Origin: Candidatus Bathyarchaeota archaeon RBG_16_48_13
GTDB taxonomy: Archaea; Thermoproteota; Bathyarchaeia; RBG-16-48-13
Assembly (NCBI GenBank): GCA_001775995.1
Contig: MEZH01000015.1
Location: forward strand, 9,786 to 18,184
DNA: 8,399 nucleotides
Direction: 5' to 3'
In this document: piece after piece, positions 4,789-8,399 of the stretch
Numbering within the stretch: the stretch's first letter is position 1
Layout: each line of letters opens with the position of its first letter
The notes under the pieces: model-generated
What the model saw: only the letters and a program-made list of their open reading frames with translations
Told to the model about the DNA's origin: nothing
The model's database searches: none
Position numbers and translations under genes: made by a program

Positions 4789-6252
4789 ATGCGTAAGATG
4801 GAGCTTCATTCCAAGCTCACCCTTTTTGACGTAACAAACCTCGTGGTTGGCGCCATCATTGGCGCTGACATCTACGTTGCCTCCTCATTTGGGGCGGGTT
4901 ACCTCGGCCCATTTTCTCTCATCGTGTGGGTCATAGCAGGGATTATCGCTATCGTCATCGCCTTGTGTTTTGCCCAATGCGTTGCCCTCTTACCAAAAGT
5001 TGGTGGGCCATATGTATATTCCAAGGAGGCTTGGGGTCCCTTTGCTGGATTCCTCGTTGGATGGTCGCTGTGGTTGGCTGAATGGATTTCGTTGGCCGTC
5101 TTTCCGATAGCCTTCACCAGGTATTTGATGTTCTTCCTGCCATACCTCGATTGGTTCTCTCAGATTCTCGTGAAAGCAATTTTCGTCTGTTTGTTAATGG
5201 TTTCAAACATCGTTGGCGCAAAAGCGGCTGGGAGAACAAACGATGTTCTGACCTTGGCAAAGCTGGCGCCACTAATTTTCTTCTCAATAGTCGGTCTCAT
5301 ATCCATGGGGTTAAATGTCAGTGCTACAGTCGGCAACTTTTCGCCTTTCGTGCCGCTCGGCCTCGGTAGTTTTGGGCCGGCTCTCGTGCTGATCTTCTGG
5401 GCTTATGCGGGCTTCGAGATCTCAACCATTCCCGCGGGGGAAATAGAGAATCCTGGCGTGACGATTCCCAAAGCTATAGTCCTAGGGATATCGATCGTTA
5501 CGGTTTTCTACTTGCTCACCAACTTCGTCCTCTTCGGCTTAAGACCTTGGAATCTGCTGGTAGCCGATGTCGCACCATTGGCAACGGCTACCAGCGTGGC
5601 TCTGGGTTCGATCCCCACATTGGCGTTGATCGGCGGAGCGATAGTCGGGGCGGGGGCTTTGGTATCTGTCGCCGGATCCGACGAATCAGGTATGATAGGA
5701 ACTTCCAGACTGGGATATGCACTTGCGGCCGATGGATTGTTCCCTCGGTCCTTTGCGAAAATCCATTCGCGATTCAAGACGCCTTACATGGCCATCATAA
5801 TTCAATCAGTCTCGGCGCTCGCGGCAGCAATCGTGGGAAACCTGAGCCTGCTGATCGCCACTTCGGTTTTCCTTATGGCAATCTCATATCTGGCAACAAG
5901 CGCAGCGATATTTCCGCTTCGCAGGAAAAACGTGAAAGCTCAATTCTCCGTTCGAGGGGGCAGGTTGATTCCGGTTCTTGGCGCTTTATTCTCACTTTAC
6001 CTCATCTCACAGTGCACAATTGATCAAATAGCGCTGGGTCTGGTGGCCTTCGCCATAGGGATACCCGTATATTCTTTCTTCTCTCCGAAAAAAGAAATCC
6101 GGGAATTGAGGGATGCGCTGTCTTCCCGGGAAGACATTTTGAGAAGAACTTACCAGCAAGAAGAGAGATTCTTAGCTCACTTGCTTCGACATGTCAAAAG
6201 GATTTATAGAAGAATATCTGGCAAGAAACAGGCCTGGGATGCATCCAGATAA
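4789..6252 (+). CDS. Amino acid permease, APC (amino acid/polyamine/organocation) superfamily
   Basis: This 487-aa protein is highly hydrophobic with about 12 predicted TM segments. Typical APC features are present: an N-terminal L.LFDVTNLVVGAIIGADIYV segment (TM1 G-x-G-type unwound motif), LPKVGGPYVYSKEAWGPFAGFLVGW, FWAYAGFE, and RLGYALAADGLFPRSFAKIHSRFKTPY. An alternative start is ATG 4798. Stop is TAA 6250-6252. Substrate cannot be inferred. Confidence 0.9.
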   Translation: MRKMELHSKLTLFDVTNLVVGAIIGADIYVASSFGAGYLGPFSLIVWVIAGIIAIVIALCFAQCVALLPKVGGPYVYSKEAWGPFAGFLVGWSLWLAEWISLAVFPIAFTRYLMFFLPYLDWFSQILVKAIFVCLLMVSNIVGAKAAGRTNDVLTLAKLAPLIFFSIVGLISMGLNVSATVGNFSPFVPLGLGSFGPALVLIFWAYAGFEISTIPAGEIENPGVTIPKAIVLGISIVTVFYLLTNFVLFGLRPWNLLVADVAPLATATSVALGSIPTLALIGGAIVGAGALVSVAGSDESGMIGTSRLGYALAADGLFPRSFAKIHSRFKTPYMAIIIQSVSALAAAIVGNLSLLIATSVFLMAISYLATSAAIFPLRRKNVKAQFSVRGGRLIPVLGALFSLYLISQCTIDQIALGLVAFAIGIPVYSFFSPKKEIRELRDALSSREDILRRTYQQEERFLAHLLRHVKRIYRRISGKKQAWDASR

Positions 6253-6277
6253 GCTAGATCCGCGAACTCTCGCCTAT

Positions 6278-6287
6278 CTTTATATAT
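6278..6287 (+). promoter_or_regulatory. Putative TATA box upstream of the pyrophosphatase gene
   Basis: CTTTATATAT at 6278-6287 would place a TSS near 6310. That gives a ~50-nt leader containing GGAGCAGGAG (6341-6350) before ATG 6363. Co-transcription with the permease gene is not excluded. Confidence 0.35.
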
Positions 6288-6362
6288 CAGCATTATCACT
6301 TTTTGACAGCCAGACCTTCGTCAGAGTCTATCAAACCATGGGAGCAGGAGCTACAGTGAGAT

Positions 6363-8345
6363 ATGGACCTAACTTGGCTAGCTTTTGCAGTCGGTGCCCT
6401 GGCGATGTTCATAGTCGCCTATCTAGCATGGTCCGTCAACAAGGAACCTGTAGGCTCTCCAGAGATGGCGGAGATTGCGGGATATATTGAGGAAGGCGCC
6501 AGGACCTTCATAAAAACGCAATACAAGACGATATCGATCTTCATAGCTTTGATGTTTTTCCCATTGGTGATATTTTTCTCAGATCTTAGGATCCCCGCGT
6601 CTTTCGTCTTTGGCGCGTCCCTCTCGTTACTGGCAGCCTACATCGGGCTGCGGATCGCGGTGAAGGCAAACGTGAGGACCAGCAATGCAGCAGCGACTTC
6701 CTCGGCCAAGGCATTCACCATTGCATTTCGGGGGGGAGCCGTGGTGGGCCTCTCCGTCGTTGGGCTGAGCATCATCGGAGTCAGCTTACTTTTCTGGCTC
6801 TATAGAGATCCAACTTTGATGGTAGGCTTTGGCTTCGGAGCTAGTCTTGCGGCATTATTCGCACAACTGGGTGGAGGGATATTCACGAAGGGGGCGGACA
6901 TAGGGGCAGACCTGGTTGGCAAGGTTGAGCAGCGTATCCCCGAAGATGATCCGCGCAATCCGGCAGTGATTGCAGATCTCGTGGGAGACAACGTTGGAGA
7001 TTGCGCGGGCAGAGGGTCGGACTTATTCGAATCGATTAGCGACGACTACATCACGGCGATGATATTGAGCAGCTTGCTCATGGGATCCTTGGGGATCAGC
7101 GCCCTAATGTTTCCATTGATGTTGGGCGCTTCGGGAATCATAGGAACAATTCTTGGGGTTTTTGCCGTCAGAGGATGGAAAAAGATCAAACCCATAGGCT
7201 CGTTCAACATCGGCCTCTTGGTGACCGCTGCCACATGCGCATTAGGGGCTTTTCTCTCCTCAACAATCTTGCTGGGAGATATCAGCATGTTCTACGCGGT
7301 TCTGAGTGGATTGGTGGCAAGCCTTGCCGTCGGATTAGCCGTGCAATATTACATTGGGCTGAATAGCAGACCTGTCAGGCGCATTGCAGAGGCCGCGGAA
7401 AGAGGACCTGCCTTGAGCATCTTGACGGGGTTATCCTATGCCTTCCAGAGCCCAATTGTGCCCTTTGTATCAGTCTTAGCTTCAATTCTCTTCTCTTATT
7501 ACGTGACGAATGGCTCATTGTACGGCGTTGTGGCAGCTAACCTCGGAACAGACTTGGCCATTGGTATGATCATGTCGAGTGACGCATTCGGCCCCATATG
7601 TGACAACGCCGCGGGAATAGCAGAGATGGCCAAGGTAAGGACGAGCGAGGGAGGGATCCTCGAAGAGCTCGACGCCACTGGCAACACCACGAAAGCTTAT
7701 ACAAAAGCCTTTGCTTCTGCCTCAGGCACTGTGTCTGCAGTGATGATCTTCATCACCTATGGCGAATTGGTTCAGCTATACTCTGTGGGCCATGGGCTCT
7801 TGAGCCCAATCATAATAGTGGGTCTGTTGCTGGGGTGTGCGCTTCCGTTCCTTTTCTCATCACTGGCCATCGGCGCGACCGGAAACACTGCGTATCGGAT
7901 GGTTGACGAGGTCAGGCGCCAGTTCAAAGAGAACCCTGGGATTATTGAGGGAAAAGTGAAGCCTGACTATGCCAGGTGTGTCGACATAGGTACCAAGAAT
8001 GCCTTGAGGGAGATGATAGCTCCGGGACTATTGGCAGTTGTCTCTCCAATCATAGTTGGATTGGTCTTCGGAAAATTTGCATTGGGAGGAATGCTACTAG
8101 GAGGATTGGGTACTTCAGCGTTGTTATCTCCTACGTTCACCTTTGGCGGAGGAATGTGGGACAACGCCAAAAAGTACGTGGAACGGAATTTCTGGATGAA
8201 GGGGACCCCCACACATGCCGCAGCGGTTATCGGCGATACCGTAGGAGATCCTCTTAAGGATGTGGCCGGACCTTCCTTGAATATATTCATGAAGCTAACT
8301 AACATGACTGCTCTTCTCATCATACCTTTGCTCATGTTAACGTAG
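6363..8345 (+). CDS. hppA: Membrane-integral (V-type) inorganic pyrophosphatase, K+-independent H+-translocating signature
   Basis: M-PPase motifs are unmistakable: [113 protein letters not shown] 6363 is the first codon after an in-frame TGA (6357-6359). Stop is TAG 8343-8345. At 660 aa it is at the short end for the family. Confidence 0.95.
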   Translation: MDLTWLAFAVGALAMFIVAYLAWSVNKEPVGSPEMAEIAGYIEEGARTFIKTQYKTISIFIALMFFPLVIFFSDLRIPASFVFGASLSLLAAYIGLRIAVKANVRTSNAAATSSAKAFTIAFRGGAVVGLSVVGLSIIGVSLLFWLYRDPTLMVGFGFGASLAALFAQLGGGIFTKGADIGADLVGKVEQRIPEDDPRNPAVIADLVGDNVGDCAGRGSDLFESISDDYITAMILSSLLMGSLGISALMFPLMLGASGIIGTILGVFAVRGWKKIKPIGSFNIGLLVTAATCALGAFLSSTILLGDISMFYAVLSGLVASLAVGLAVQYYIGLNSRPVRRIAEAAERGPALSILTGLSYAFQSPIVPFVSVLASILFSYYVTNGSLYGVVAANLGTDLAIGMIMSSDAFGPICDNAAGIAEMAKVRTSEGGILEELDATGNTTKAYTKAFASASGTVSAVMIFITYGELVQLYSVGHGLLSPIIIVGLLLGCALPFLFSSLAIGATGNTAYRMVDEVRRQFKENPGIIEGKVKPDYARCVDIGTKNALREMIAPGLLAVVSPIIVGLVFGKFALGGMLLGGLGTSALLSPTFTFGGGMWDNAKKYVERNFWMKGTPTHAAAVIGDTVGDPLKDVAGPSLNIFMKLTNMTALLIIPLLMLT

Positions 8346-8399
8346 TTCTGTGGAATAGTTCGTCGGGATCATGCAACCCAGATTTCAATTATCCCTTTG

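Noticed and set aside
6191-6490. A 99-aa + strand ORF bridges the end of the permease gene, the intergenic region and the start of hppA.
   Set aside because: It overlaps two strongly supported genes in alternative frames. It has no motif content, and its only unique part is the 110-nt spacer that contains the TATA-like box.
4899-8335. Alternative-frame and antisense ORFs of 63-158 aa lie within the permease and hppA genes, for example 5547-6023(+) and 7967-8335(-).
   Set aside because: All are nested in genes with strong transporter or PPase signatures. Their translations are Arg/Gly/Ser/Pro-rich, as expected from out-of-frame reading of hydrophobic-protein genes.
8371-8399. ATG at 8371 (MQPRFQLSL...) might start another + strand gene after hppA.
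   Set aside because: Only 9 codons are visible before the window ends, so there is no basis for a call.
1-8399. I looked for CRISPR repeats, transposase or integrase genes, terminal inverted repeats, tRNA/rRNA genes, toxin-antitoxin pairs and known defence-system hallmarks such as nucleases, ATPases and methyltransferases.
   Set aside because: I found none. Every long ORF is accounted for by metabolic, redox or transport families, and the intergenic spacers are 140 nt or shorter without repeat structure. The window looks like core or metabolic genome rather than an accessory island.

Overview
The window holds eight co-linear protein-coding genes and no rRNA, tRNA, CRISPR array, transposase, integrase or long repeat that I can see. 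On the + strand, in order: (1) the 3' two-thirds of an SDR/epimerase-type L-threonine 3-dehydrogenase, truncated by the window edge; (2) 2-amino-3-ketobutyrate CoA ligase (glycine C-acetyltransferase), which with (1) forms a classic tdh-kbl threonine-to-glycine pair; (3) a 231-aa protein with two perfect CDGSH [2Fe-2S] motifs flanking a three-Cys middle domain; (4) a 228-aa unannotatable protein that reads as a divergent HhH-GPD (EndoIII/Ogg2-like) DNA-glycosylase fold. Next comes (5), a convergent minus-strand iron-sulfur flavoprotein (Isf, FMN-reductase fold with a CX2CX2CX5C motif). Back on the + strand are (6) a small zinc-ribbon + DUF4342-like protein, (7) an APC-superfamily amino-acid permease, and (8) a membrane-integral pyrophosphatase with the K+-independent H+-pump signature. 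The host is probably an anaerobic archaeon, at low confidence. The reasons are AT-rich TATA-like boxes about 25-30 nt upstream of inferred transcript starts, oligo-T tracts after genes, GGAGGTGA-type Shine-Dalgarno motifs, frequent AGA/AGG Arg codons, GTG starts and the Isf gene. I do not see a recognisable defence, mobile or secretion system. The most unusual items are the catalytic-Lys-less HhH-GPD-like ORF, the CDGSH/three-Cys/CDGSH protein, their tight co-orientation with tdh-kbl next to Isf, and a Gln where M-PPases normally carry an ion-gate Arg. All family assignments come from motif reading by eye and from recalled family consensus sequences. No database search was run.
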